Shown here: positions 18,634 through 27,755 of the stretch, one piece after another
Layout of the letters: each line of letters opens with the position of its first letter
Numbering within the stretch: position 1 is the stretch's first letter
Assembly (NCBI GenBank): GCA_002364005.1
Contig: DEXG01000023.1
Coordinates: forward strand, 94,702-158,701
Direction of reading: 5' to 3'
From: Phycisphaerales bacterium UBA3190
GTDB taxonomy: Bacteria; Planctomycetota; Phycisphaerae; Phycisphaerales; UBA1924
DNA length: 64,000 nucleotides
The notes under the pieces: model-generated
Seen by the model: the letters and a program-made list of their open reading frames with translations, nothing else
Told to the model about the DNA's origin: nothing
The model's database searches: none
Position numbers and translations under genes: made by a program

Positions 18634-20703
18634 CTACTCGTCGCGTTCTGTCACCACATGATGGGTGTCCGTTGGAAGCCGCTCGATGCGTAGGAACTTG
18701 GCGTTGATTGCCACGATCACGGTGGAAAGAGACATGAATACAGCGCCCAGTGCCGGAGACAGTACGATCCCGAGCGGGTACAGCACCCCAGCAGCTGCGG
18801 GGATGGCGAACGCGTTATAGCCCGTTGCCCACCAAAGGTTCTGGACCATCTTGCGATAGGTTGCACGCGAAAGCTCAATAATGGCGGTCACATCTCGGGG
18901 GTCAGAGCGGACAAGCACGATGTCCGCAGACTCGATCGCGACATCAGTACCAGCCCCGACGGCGATGCCAACATCGGCTTGGGTGAGTGCCGGCGCGTCG
19001 TTCACACCATCACCGGTCATCGCGACCACGAGGCCACGCGACTGCACTTCCTTGATCTTGGATGCCTTCTGGTCTGGAAGAACTTCGGCGAAGTAGTCAT
19101 CGAGTCCGAGTTCCTCAGAGACCCATTTCGCTACGGCCTCGGCGTCACCGGTAAGCATCATTACCTGTATGCCCATGGCTTTGAGCCGTTCGAGCGCCTC
19201 GCGTGACTCCGGTCTGATGATGTCTGCAAGCGCGATGGCTCCCTCGACAGCCCCGTCGATAATCAAGTAAACAACGGTCTTACCCTGATCGGCGACGGTG
19301 CGTACTCGCTCGTCGGTGACGACCATGTCATGCTCACGGAGGTAGCCCGGGCTGACGATCCGGAGACGAATGCCGTCGACGACCGCCTCGGCTCCGCGGC
19401 CTGGGATGGCTCTGAACTCTGATGGTGCGGGGAACTCGACTTTCCGTTCCCGGGCACCACGCACGACACCTTCAGCGATGGGGTGCTCTGACTGACTCTC
19501 AAGACTCGCCGCGAGGCGAAGAAGTTCCTCTTCGGACCGCTCGCCAAGAGGGATGATGTCGGTGACGCCGAATCTGCCTTCTGTGAGCGTGCCGGTCTTG
19601 TCGAAGACGATGGCGTCAAGGTCTTTGCCTCTCTCGAAAGCAGTGCGATCGCGGATGAGAAGGCCGTTTCCGGCCGAGATCGACGTCGAGACAGCAACGA
19701 CGAGCGGGACCGCCAAGCCCAACGCATGAGGGCACGCGATGATCATGACGGTTACCGCACGCTCAAGTGAGAAGTCGAACGGCTTACCGATGAGAAGCCA
19801 CGTCACGAGCGTGGCAGAGCCTACTGTGATCGCAATCACAGTGAGCCAGAGTGCCGCGCGGTTGGCCAAGTCCTGCGTCTTGGACTTCGACTCTTGCGCC
19901 GCGCGGACCATCTCGATGACCTGAGCGAGATAGGTCTCGCCCCCAGTGCGTCGGACCTCCATAGTGAAGGCCGATTCACCGTTAATCGCACCCCCGATGA
20001 CTTCGTCTCCCTCTCCCTTCTCGGCAGGCTTGCTCTCGCCGGTGAGCATCGCCTCGTTGATGGTCGATCGCCCATCGACAATCATTCCGTCGGTCGGGAT
20101 CTTCTCGCCGGGCTTGACCAAGACTCGGTCGCCGTGGTGAATTTCGGAAACCGGGACGTCGCGAGTGCTTCCGTCATCGCCGACGAGATGCGCCTCAGAA
20201 GGCATGAGTTTGACGAGTTTCTCGAGCGCAGCGGACGCCCCCATCACGGACTTCATCTCGATCCAGTGGCCCAGAAGCATGATGTCGATGAGCGTTGCGA
20301 GTTCCCAGAAGAACACTTCGCCGACCAGCCCAAAGACAACCGCGGTGGAATAGAAGTACGCCACAGAGATCGCCAACGCGATGAGCGTCATCATGCCCGG
20401 GCGTCGCTTACCCAGTTCGTTGCCCAGACCGGAAAGGAATGGCCAGCCGCCGAAAAAATATACGATCGAAGCGAACACAAACTGCACATAGGAATCGCCT
20501 GTGAAAGAAAGCGCCTCCTCTAATCCAAGCAGTGACTGGATCATGGGCGCAAGAGCGACGACAGGGGCAGTCAGCACCAGCGAGACCCAGAAGCGCTTTC
20601 GGAAGTCCGCCACCATGTGCGCATGATGATTATGATGACCGCCCTCGGATTGATTGTTGTGGCCGTGTTGATTCACAGCGTGGCCGTGATGTTTATGGGT
20701 CAT
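18634..20703 (-). CDS. Copper-translocating P1B-type ATPase with a His-rich N-terminus (CopB-type)
   Basis: DKTGTLT, TGES, MLTGD and GDGVNDAP motifs, plus membrane CPH (IIACPHALG). Start ATG 20703 follows GGAGA. N-terminus is [29 protein letters not shown]. Confidence 0.95.
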   Translation of the reverse strand: MTHKHHGHAVNQHGHNNQSEGGHHNHHAHMVADFRKRFWVSLVLTAPVVALAPMIQSLLGLEEALSFTGDSYVQFVFASIVYFFGGWPFLSGLGNELGKRRPGMMTLIALAISVAYFYSTAVVFGLVGEVFFWELATLIDIMLLGHWIEMKSVMGASAALEKLVKLMPSEAHLVGDDGSTRDVPVSEIHHGDRVLVKPGEKIPTDGMIVDGRSTINEAMLTGESKPAEKGEGDEVIGGAINGESAFTMEVRRTGGETYLAQVIEMVRAAQESKSKTQDLANRAALWLTVIAITVGSATLVTWLLIGKPFDFSLERAVTVMIIACPHALGLAVPLVVAVSTSISAGNGLLIRDRTAFERGKDLDAIVFDKTGTLTEGRFGVTDIIPLGERSEEELLRLAASLESQSEHPIAEGVVRGARERKVEFPAPSEFRAIPGRGAEAVVDGIRLRIVSPGYLREHDMVVTDERVRTVADQGKTVVYLIIDGAVEGAIALADIIRPESREALERLKAMGIQVMMLTGDAEAVAKWVSEELGLDDYFAEVLPDQKASKIKEVQSRGLVVAMTGDGVNDAPALTQADVGIAVGAGTDVAIESADIVLVRSDPRDVTAIIELSRATYRKMVQNLWWATGYNAFAIPAAAGVLYPLGIVLSPALGAVFMSLSTVIVAINAKFLRIERLPTDTHHVVTERDE

Positions 20704-20990
20704 GACGATCTCCTTCCAACGGCGAGGTTGTAGAGTGAAGCAATGAGTGCACCAAAGAGCCAACCGAGAAGGATGACCTCCACGGTGCCGACGATGGCTT
20801 CCCACCACGGCATGTCCCAACGAACAAATGACTCGACATCGAGGCCGTGCATAACGCTGTTGAAGAACCGGACCACGAGCTCCTTCGGCGCAACGAGCAT
20901 GAGCGTGGCACACGCGATGTACAGCAAGCCGCAGGCGACCCCGAAGGCGAATCCGGATCCTTTGATACTAATCGTGTTCACAGGGCACAT
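20700..20990 (-). CDS. Small membrane protein (DUF5676-like guess)
   Basis: 96 aa with 2-3 TM. Its stop overlaps the ATPase start (ATGA). Confidence 0.55.
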   Translation of the reverse strand: MCPVNTISIKGSGFAFGVACGLLYIACATLMLVAPKELVVRFFNSVMHGLDVESFVRWDMPWWEAIVGTVEVILLGWLFGALIASLYNLAVGRRSS

Positions 20991-21171
20991 CTCCTTTATC
21001 TGTCGGGGTCGATCCGTGGTTATGCCCGCGGAGCATCAGCAAATGACACCCGAACATCAGCACGATGAAGACGAACAACGCGACGTTGTTGTCGACTCCG
21101 AACAGCGGGAGCAGGAACACTGCGAGTAGTGGCAGGGCACAGCCCGCCACATGCATGAGTGAATGTCGCAT
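20968..21171 (-). CDS. Small His-containing membrane protein (DUF2933-like guess)
   Basis: 67 aa with two TM helices and CHLLMLRGHNHG. Its start overlaps the phosphatase stop by 1 nt (TGATG). Confidence 0.5.
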   Translation of the reverse strand: MRHSLMHVAGCALPLLAVFLLPLFGVDNNVALFVFIVLMFGCHLLMLRGHNHGSTPTDKGDVPCEHD

Positions 21172-22604
21172 CAGCAGACCCCCTGTGGTTGTTTGGCTAC
21201 TGCAACGGCGACAGTGACTACCGTCATGTCGTCCGCGGCGGCTCTGCCATCGAGGTGTTGACGCGCAGAATTAAGTACGCTCTCGGCCACGGATTTTGGA
21301 GTGCGATTACGCAGTCGGGTGAGATTCCGCACGATCGACTGTCGGCCCAGCAGCTTTCCGTCGCGGTCCACAGATTCGCTCAAACCATCGGACATGAGTA
21401 CGAGGACATCGCCAGCGTCAAGATCGAGTTCGACATCTTCGAATTCTGCGGAGGGGTCGATGCCGAGGATCATGCCCGTCGAAGTGAGCTCGGTGAGCTG
21501 CCCTTGGGCAATGAGCACATAGCAGGTTTCGTGACCCGCGCTCGCATACGTGATGGGACCTCCGAGTGCGGGCACACGCACGACAATCATGGTCACAAAA
21601 TCCTCCGGCAAACTCGCACGGCAGACCCCCGAGTTGAGGTTTTTGAGCACCGCTGCTGGGCTGAGCTCCGACGCATCGAGGGAAACAACGAGCGCTTTGA
21701 TGACGGCGGCACCCATGGCAGCTGGGACCCCGTGCCCGACGACGTCGGCAAGGCATATCAACCTGTCTCCGCCCACCAGTTCGATCACTTCCACGTAGTC
21801 ACCGGCAACCTGGTCAGCCGGGTGGTACTCGATGGCGATGTCGGGGTCTGATGACGCACCGGCCATCAATCGAGACTGGAGTCGCCTGGCGCGTGCCAGT
21901 TGCGCCGCGCGGTCTTCCTCTCGCCTTACGAGATCGAGCATCATGGTGCCCAGTTCCCCCGTCAGCGTTGCCAACTCGGCGTTGGTGGGCTCAGGGAGAT
22001 CGACGGTGGTGTGCGTCTCCCCAAAGGTGCGGACGCGATGCGACAGAGCTTCGAGCGGTGCTGAGATGAGTCGCAGTAGGAGTGCGTTCACGATGGCTGC
22101 TGCAACTACGGAGGTGACAAAGAGCACTAGAGCACGCCTCAAAGCAGTAGCTCTGGCTGATGCAACCACTGGGCTCGCCGACTCTGAAACCCTGACCAAT
22201 GTCGGTTCGCTGGCGGATTCGCCCCGGATACGAGACAGACTCTCGGAATGAACATGCGCGGTGTGTGAGGCGAAATACTGGCCCGTGGCCTGCCACGCCT
22301 GCACTGTGTGCCCAGGCGATGTCTTCGTGTCCATCGCAGTGCAAACACCGTCGAGATAGGCCTGGACGGCCTCGCTCCCGTGATGGCTGAGCGCGTTGAT
22401 GGCCTCGCTAATCGCACTGGCCTCGTCGGCGAGCGATGCCTGCTTGCTCAGAATCGCCGCATCCATGCTGGCTCGGTAGTCAAGATAAAGCATGCCGAGC
22501 GTGGCTACGCCAACGACGGTGTTCACGACGAGCAGTAGCTGCGTGCGAACTCGGAGGCTGGCAAACCACTTCCGGGAGCGTGTAGTGAATGACCAGGGCT
22601 TCAT
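21171..22604 (-). CDS. Membrane-anchored PP2C-type phosphatase (SpoIIE/RsbU family) with sensor/HAMP-like N-terminus
   Basis: Motifs GDYVEVIEL, DVVGHGVPAAM and SDGLSE, with two TM segments bracketing a periplasmic region. Confidence 0.85.
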   Translation of the reverse strand: MKPWSFTTRSRKWFASLRVRTQLLLVVNTVVGVATLGMLYLDYRASMDAAILSKQASLADEASAISEAINALSHHGSEAVQAYLDGVCTAMDTKTSPGHTVQAWQATGQYFASHTAHVHSESLSRIRGESASEPTLVRVSESASPVVASARATALRRALVLFVTSVVAAAIVNALLLRLISAPLEALSHRVRTFGETHTTVDLPEPTNAELATLTGELGTMMLDLVRREEDRAAQLARARRLQSRLMAGASSDPDIAIEYHPADQVAGDYVEVIELVGGDRLICLADVVGHGVPAAMGAAVIKALVVSLDASELSPAAVLKNLNSGVCRASLPEDFVTMIVVRVPALGGPITYASAGHETCYVLIAQGQLTELTSTGMILGIDPSAEFEDVELDLDAGDVLVLMSDGLSESVDRDGKLLGRQSIVRNLTRLRNRTPKSVAESVLNSARQHLDGRAAADDMTVVTVAVAVAKQPQGVC

Positions 22605-22942
22605 GAGCAGCTCTCCGGCTTCTTGTGGCCGTCGCGCCGAAGCTCGTAGGCGATGCTCAGACTAAGCACGGTGCGAATCACGATGACCGCACCGAGTACG
22701 GCCATACCCTCGAGTGTGGGCGTGACAACCGTCTTGAGGATGTCCGCCGCGATCAGGAACTCAAGTGAGAGCACAAGGCGTTCGGCGAGACGGAGGCGCG
22801 ACTCGGTCGTGCGCTCGCGGAGACCCCGGCGTATCGCTGCGACCACGATGTCTATGACGGCAGCCACGATGGATGCAGCGATCATGATCGCGGCGATCGC
22901 TTCGATGAACTGAACAGTGATGTTGATGAGTTGTTCTATCAT
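22601..22942 (-). CDS. DUF1622-like small membrane protein
   Basis: 113 aa with LEFLIAADILKT. ATGA overlap with the phosphatase gene. Confidence 0.65.
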   Translation of the reverse strand: MIEQLINITVQFIEAIAAIMIAASIVAAVIDIVVAAIRRGLRERTTESRLRLAERLVLSLEFLIAADILKTVVTPTLEGMAVLGAVIVIRTVLSLSIAYELRRDGHKKPESCS

Positions 22943-22963
22943 GCGATGTCGTAGCTCTATCTA

Positions 22964-23737
22964 TCAGTGGTGCTTGTACCAGCCGATTCGTGGGATCTCG
23001 TTCCATGAGTTGGTCCGGTGACATTTGAAGCAATCCGTCACCTCGGCATGCTCAATACCAGCGACACGTTTCGATACCATTTTGAAATGGCCCATGTAGT
23101 GACTCGGCGGCGCGCTGTGGCACTGCGCACAGTTCATGGACATCGGCGACGGGTGCCGGTACTCCGGGATGTTCCAGGTCAATGTGGAGTGGCAGGATGC
23201 GCAGCTGGTTCCGAAGAGTGTGCGGTGCGGGTCCTCGTTGGCGTGACAGGACGCGCAATCAAGAGCAAGTTCGCTCGACGAGATCCGCGGGTGTGGTGTC
23301 GGCATCGCGCGAGCATGAGCCCGTATTGACTCGATGATGACCTGCGCGTCGTTGCTTGCACCGGATTGTGCGATCTCAACAAATAAGTCATGGTCCATGG
23401 CCGTCGGGGTCGCTGGTGGCGACTGGTGTTCGGCGTGACAGCCGACGCAAGAGCCCACGCTTGCATGGAACGCAGTCTCAGGTTGAGAAAGAAGCTCTTC
23501 GTCATTGGCGTGGCACGCAATGCAGTTCGAAGCAGTGACGCCGATGTGGGGCGTGTGGCAAGAGGTGCAATCGTTGCCGAGAAAGGCGTGGGCCTCGGTG
23601 AGCGGTCCGGGACTGACGAACTCTTGCCAACCGGGAGCCGCGTCTGCACCCCCTCGATGGACGAACAGTGGGAGTGAGAACGCGAAGCCAAGTCCTCCGA
23701 GTGTGACGACGCCATAGATAACTTCGAGTTTTTTCAT
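22964..23737 (-). CDS. Periplasmic heptaheme c-type cytochrome
   Basis: Seven CxxCH motifs (CTSCH, CIACH, CVGCH, CASCH, CASCH, CAQCH, CFKCH). Signal anchor MKKLEVIYGVVTLGG. Its start overlaps the upstream stop (ATGA at 23734-23737). Confidence 0.85.
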   Translation of the reverse strand: MKKLEVIYGVVTLGGLGFAFSLPLFVHRGGADAAPGWQEFVSPGPLTEAHAFLGNDCTSCHTPHIGVTASNCIACHANDEELLSQPETAFHASVGSCVGCHAEHQSPPATPTAMDHDLFVEIAQSGASNDAQVIIESIRAHARAMPTPHPRISSSELALDCASCHANEDPHRTLFGTSCASCHSTLTWNIPEYRHPSPMSMNCAQCHSAPPSHYMGHFKMVSKRVAGIEHAEVTDCFKCHRTNSWNEIPRIGWYKHH

Positions 23738-24486
23738 GGGAGCCACCGGATGCCGAAGTACCACGCCGACCAGACATGTATGAAGAGCAGCGCGTAGAGC
23801 ACGACGGCAACGAGGATGTGACACACGAGCCAGCGGGCGAATGCGTTCTTGGCTGTGGAGTGCGTGCGGATGGCGAGGTCGAGGTCTGAGATGGATTCGC
23901 TGATACGAATCGCCCTTGACGGGAGCTGCATTAACCCCTGTTCGTCACGCGCGACGAAAAACGATGCCGCCCGGCCGAGCAGCGAACTATTCCGGCGGAG
24001 CGTCAAAGCGGCATCCGAGTGGTCGCCCATCTCTTGAGCCAGGGCACGATGCGCCGTCAGCAAACGCTCACGGTCTGCTTTCATCTTCCGGATGTCGGTC
24101 GAAAGCTGTCCGAGGAGGTATCGCCCAAGGTATCCGCTCACCGCTACGACGAGCATCATGAGAGTAAGGGCAATACCGATAGGGCTCTGAAACTTGTGCC
24201 CCGTGTGCAGCACACCGAGGATTGGAGCGAGTACGCCGGCGTAAATGTGAACCGTGAGGAAGGTTCGCATCGAGACGTACGGCGTGACTCTCCGTTTGAG
24301 CCACGGAATCCGCTTCACGAACAGGTAGAGCAGCGGCACAAGCATGAGCGATGCGGCGGCAACACCGAGCAGGCCACCGGTGAGGCTGCCCGCGAATCGT
24401 GGGTCACGGTGCACGAAGAAGCCCAAGGTGAGCATCAGCAAAAGCGTGATAAGCCCCGAAACGATGATCTTCTGTCGCTCATGCAT
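23734..24486 (-). CDS. Five-TM bis-histidine membrane protein (ferric-reductase/NOX-type di-heme b domain-like)
   Basis: Two TM helices each carry a His pair spaced i/i+14 (HIYAGVLAPILGVLH and HILVAVVLYALLFIH). ATG 24486 lies 1 nt after the upstream TGA. Confidence 0.65.
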   Translation of the reverse strand: MHERQKIIVSGLITLLLMLTLGFFVHRDPRFAGSLTGGLLGVAAASLMLVPLLYLFVKRIPWLKRRVTPYVSMRTFLTVHIYAGVLAPILGVLHTGHKFQSPIGIALTLMMLVVAVSGYLGRYLLGQLSTDIRKMKADRERLLTAHRALAQEMGDHSDAALTLRRNSSLLGRAASFFVARDEQGLMQLPSRAIRISESISDLDLAIRTHSTAKNAFARWLVCHILVAVVLYALLFIHVWSAWYFGIRWLP

Positions 24487-24487
24487 C

Positions 24488-26065
24488 TCAGGCCTCCACC
24501 TCAAGCTTGTCGCTCTTGCTCTTGGCCTGACAGGCGAGGATGACGCCGGCTTGTCGGTCCGCGTCATCAAGCGCGTCCTCCACGTCCATCGTGACCTCGC
24601 CCTTGAGAAGCTTTACTCTGCAGCTCCCGCAGGTCCCCGCACGACAGAAGTTATCGATGTCGACCCCGGCGTCATCCGCCGCCTCAAGCACTGTGGATGT
24701 CGGCGGAAGAGGGACTGTTTTTCCGGACACGGTGAAACGCACGGTCGAATACGACGCCTGAGTTGCGGTATCCGCTGCCGGAACAGCTCTCTTGGCGGGT
24801 CCGAAGGCTTCGGTCTTGACGCGTTCGGAGGGGACACCGAGTTTGCAGAGCGTGCCCTTGATCGCTTCCATCATCGGCGGTGGGCCGCACAGATGAACGA
24901 GCTTGGAGGCGATGTCTGGCACACATTCTCGGATGAGCCCTGCCGAAAGCCGCCCGGTCGGGCCAACCCAGGTGCTGCCTCGTGCACGCGTCATTGTGGC
25001 CGTGATGTTGAGGCGCGAGTGCTTCAGCTGCAAATACTCCAGTTCATAGCGGAAGCAAAAATCGTCGGTGGTTCGGCAGCAGTGCAGGAGATAGATGTGG
25101 CCCGCCCACGCGCGATCCGTGAGGTATCGGATCACACTCATCATGGGAGTGATGCCGACTCCGCCGCTGACGAGGACGATGCTTTCTTCCCCCTCGCCGG
25201 TGAATGTGAACGTTCCCGACGGAGCACTCAGTGTGAGCTCGTCGCCATCGGCGAGCGTGTCGTGGAGCGCACGGCTCACGACGCCGTGCTCCTCGCGCTT
25301 GACGGAAATCTCGACGTACTCCTGGCGCGTGGGGCTCGACGCGATCGTGTAAGACCGCTTCACGCGTCGTCCCTCGGTTTCGATCTCCACGGTCATGAAC
25401 TGACCGGGGAGGTACGAGAACGGGACAGCGCCTCCAGTGGGGTTGACGAAGCGGAAGGTATCAATGTCAGGCGTCTCTCTGAACGTCGCTGCGAGACGGA
25501 GCCGCCCTTCCCAGCGTTCATTGCGGACCGATGGCTGCAACGCCGCTGTTGCGGGCGCGGGAGGAGGGGCGAGGATCGCGGCGGATGAAGCCGACGGAGC
25601 TGACTGGGCTGATGGAGCACCCTCAGGTCGTGCCGAGAGTTCTTGCAGCAGGTTCGTGGCTCGCCGCATCTTCATGAAGTACAGCGCGATCATGACAAGG
25701 GCGAAGCCGATCAGCACGGCCATGCCGCTCGCGTGGAACCAGGACCACCCAAACGGACCAGTCGTGGTCGAGGCCGACGCCGGCGTAGAGAGATTCAACT
25801 CGCGCTTGAACCACTCCATGGCGGCCTGGTCCGAGGGCACCCCACTGTTCATGACACGGTGCGCAGCCAGTCCGCTATCGAATCGTGACAGGCCCTCTCG
25901 GAGCATGTTCACGGCGTCCTGCATTGCCTCGAAGTCCTGCGTGGGTGACGACCGTAGCAGTGCGTCAAAGCCCTCGCTCATTAGTTCTGTACCGGCGCGC
26001 ATCCGCTCGTGGCCGAGTCGCTCAAACGCGTCGCGCTGCTCAGCCGTCATGTTCGGGAGGTCCAT
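24488..26065 (-). CDS. Membrane-anchored FNR-like oxidoreductase (FAD/NAD(P)-binding) with a C-terminal plant-type 2Fe-2S ferredoxin domain and an N-terminal LTXXQ-like domain
   Basis: RSYTIASSP (FAD-binding motif), GGVGITPM (NAD-binding motif) and CRAGTCGSCRVKL (2Fe-2S motif). One TM helix (MAVLIGFALVMIALYF). Confidence 0.85.
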   Translation of the reverse strand: MDLPNMTAEQRDAFERLGHERMRAGTELMSEGFDALLRSSPTQDFEAMQDAVNMLREGLSRFDSGLAAHRVMNSGVPSDQAAMEWFKRELNLSTPASASTTTGPFGWSWFHASGMAVLIGFALVMIALYFMKMRRATNLLQELSARPEGAPSAQSAPSASSAAILAPPPAPATAALQPSVRNERWEGRLRLAATFRETPDIDTFRFVNPTGGAVPFSYLPGQFMTVEIETEGRRVKRSYTIASSPTRQEYVEISVKREEHGVVSRALHDTLADGDELTLSAPSGTFTFTGEGEESIVLVSGGVGITPMMSVIRYLTDRAWAGHIYLLHCCRTTDDFCFRYELEYLQLKHSRLNITATMTRARGSTWVGPTGRLSAGLIRECVPDIASKLVHLCGPPPMMEAIKGTLCKLGVPSERVKTEAFGPAKRAVPAADTATQASYSTVRFTVSGKTVPLPPTSTVLEAADDAGVDIDNFCRAGTCGSCRVKLLKGEVTMDVEDALDDADRQAGVILACQAKSKSDKLEVEA

Positions 26066-26292
26066 GAGGCTCGGATAGATATCCTTGGGCGGCGGAACAC
26101 CATCCGGCTCATCATCTCACCCATGTCGCCCATGCCCTGCATGCCGCCAGCACCGCTCGCCTCAGTCGTGTCGCCCGCCGCTGACTCGGGATGATGCTGA
26201 GCGTGCTCTTCTGGTGATACTTGCGCATATGTGTTAGTACCAATGACGGCAATGAGAAAGCACATCAGGACTAGCGTGGTTGATCGGCTCAT
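26047..26292 (-). CDS. Signal peptide + Met-rich segment; possibly the displaced 5' end of the reductase gene
   Basis: MSRSTTLVLMCFLIAVIGTNTYAQ signal, then GMQGMGDMGEMM. The frame overlaps the reductase frame over 26050-26116. Confidence 0.45.
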   Translation of the reverse strand: MSRSTTLVLMCFLIAVIGTNTYAQVSPEEHAQHHPESAAGDTTEASGAGGMQGMGDMGEMMSRMVFRRPRISIRASWTSRT

Positions 26293-27275
26293 GATGTACC
26301 CTCAGCGGGCTGAGTCCCAAAAAACGACTCGTCGGCGGAAGTGGTATTAGCGAGCACTCTCTGAAGTGCTGCAAACGCCGTCTCATCGAGCTTCGCTCCT
26401 CGCAGAGACTCCATGGCTTGAATCGCCTCTGACTCTGTCATCGCTTCGTGGTACGGTCTCGCCTCGGTGAGTGCTGCGAACACATCCGCAACCCGAAGCA
26501 CCGCGGCGGTGGGGTCGATGTCTGAGGCGGTAAGGCCTCTGGGGTACCCCGAGCCATCCGGAGACTCGTGATGCTGGGATACCAAACGGGCGATCGCTTC
26601 CGTGCCCGGAATCTCACCGAGCATCCCAACGGCGATGTCGACATGCTCGCGCATAGCGGCCATCTGCTCATAATCGAGCGAGCCGTGTTTGAATAGAACC
26701 GCGTCAGGGACTCCTGCCTTGCCTATGTCGTGCACCAAAGCCGCGAGATGTAACTGAGACACCTCGTGGGCTTCAACCCCGAGTTCCTCGGCAATCGCTG
26801 TAGAGAGCTCCGCCACTCGGCGCGAGTGTTGAATAGTGGCTTCGTCTCGCACGCCAACGGCGGTGAGCAATCCCGTGATGCCGTTGATCATCTCGGTATG
26901 CTGAGAGCGAGCGATGACTTCGTCGCGCTGTCGCTTGCGCATGTTCGACGACTGCACGAGATGCCCGGTGATCGCACCAACAACCGGGTACACACCAATC
27001 CACGCGTATTGATCAAGATTTGCCATAGGCGAATCACCCCATGACCAGAGCAGGTGGCTGAAGTAAACGGCACTCGCAACAGCGGATGCGAGCAACCCTC
27101 CTTTTAGCTCGAATGCCACGGCGCAGATCAGGATGGGTATGAGGAAGAGACCTGCAAGCAGGATGTGAAGCCAGTGGAGCGCCGGCGAATGCGTATTGAT
27201 CGCAAAGTGGGCAACGGTAATCCCGACAGTCCAAAAGGCTGCGCGTTGAATCTGCGATTTCTGGTATGTCAGCAT
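26289..27275 (-). CDS. Membrane HD-GYP domain protein (c-di-GMP phosphodiesterase-type)
   Basis: HDIGK and HHESPDGSGYP motifs with a 4-5 TM N-terminus. Start chosen at ATG 27275 (MLTYQK), because the upstream extension is Arg/Pro-rich. Confidence 0.85.
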   Translation of the reverse strand: MLTYQKSQIQRAAFWTVGITVAHFAINTHSPALHWLHILLAGLFLIPILICAVAFELKGGLLASAVASAVYFSHLLWSWGDSPMANLDQYAWIGVYPVVGAITGHLVQSSNMRKRQRDEVIARSQHTEMINGITGLLTAVGVRDEATIQHSRRVAELSTAIAEELGVEAHEVSQLHLAALVHDIGKAGVPDAVLFKHGSLDYEQMAAMREHVDIAVGMLGEIPGTEAIARLVSQHHESPDGSGYPRGLTASDIDPTAAVLRVADVFAALTEARPYHEAMTESEAIQAMESLRGAKLDETAFAALQRVLANTTSADESFFGTQPAEGTS

Positions 27276-27421
27276 GCTGCCCCTTCGTTCGCGCGTTTCT
27301 GGCCGTCGCTTTGCTGGTAGATGGTGCCCAGCCGAACCGAGCTCGCCTCGACGCACAACGAGGGCATGAGATGCCCCGCTGTGCGTCGGTGCGCTTGGCA
27401 TGGCCGGATAGGTGCAGCCCA

Positions 27422-27736
27422 TTAGCTCTCCGCGTTGACTTCGAGCACGCGGTTCATCGTGCCGAACTCGTTGGGAGCGCAGCCCTCACAGCCGTTGTAC
27501 GGGCGATCGCAACCGGCCTCACAGCACCACGCGCCGTCAACAACGAACTTGTACTCGTAGCGGCTCGGTGGGAGGTCAAGCTCGATCTCCCACCAACCCT
27601 GCCTGTCGCGCGTCATTGCGTGTGTGGTCGTGCTCCATTCGTTGAACGAGCCGGCGACAAATACTTCGCTCGCGTCAGGGGCAGCGAGTGTGATGCGTGA
27701 GACGGTGGTCTGGGTTGCTTGCTTGGGCATTGTCAT
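27422..27736 (-). CDS. CBM48 / AMPK-beta glycogen-binding-like (early-set) domain protein
   Basis: VFVAGSFNEWS ... WWEIELDLPPSRYEYKFVVDG pattern. Confidence 0.7.
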   Translation of the reverse strand: MTMPKQATQTTVSRITLAAPDASEVFVAGSFNEWSTTTHAMTRDRQGWWEIELDLPPSRYEYKFVVDGAWCCEAGCDRPYNGCEGCAPNEFGTMNRVLEVNAES

Positions 27737-27755
27737 GCTCCTTTCAGTAATGGTG

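Noticed and set aside
21159-21851. 230-aa + strand ORF opposite the PP2C phosphatase gene
   Set aside because: It is antisense to a gene with clear SpoIIE/PP2C motifs, and the translation has no recognisable features.
24344-25588. 414-aa + strand ORF, the longest unassigned ORF in island 2
   Set aside because: It lies entirely antisense to the FNR/2Fe-2S reductase and bis-His membrane genes. The translation is Arg/Gly/Asp-rich with no motifs, so it is a GC-driven shadow ORF.
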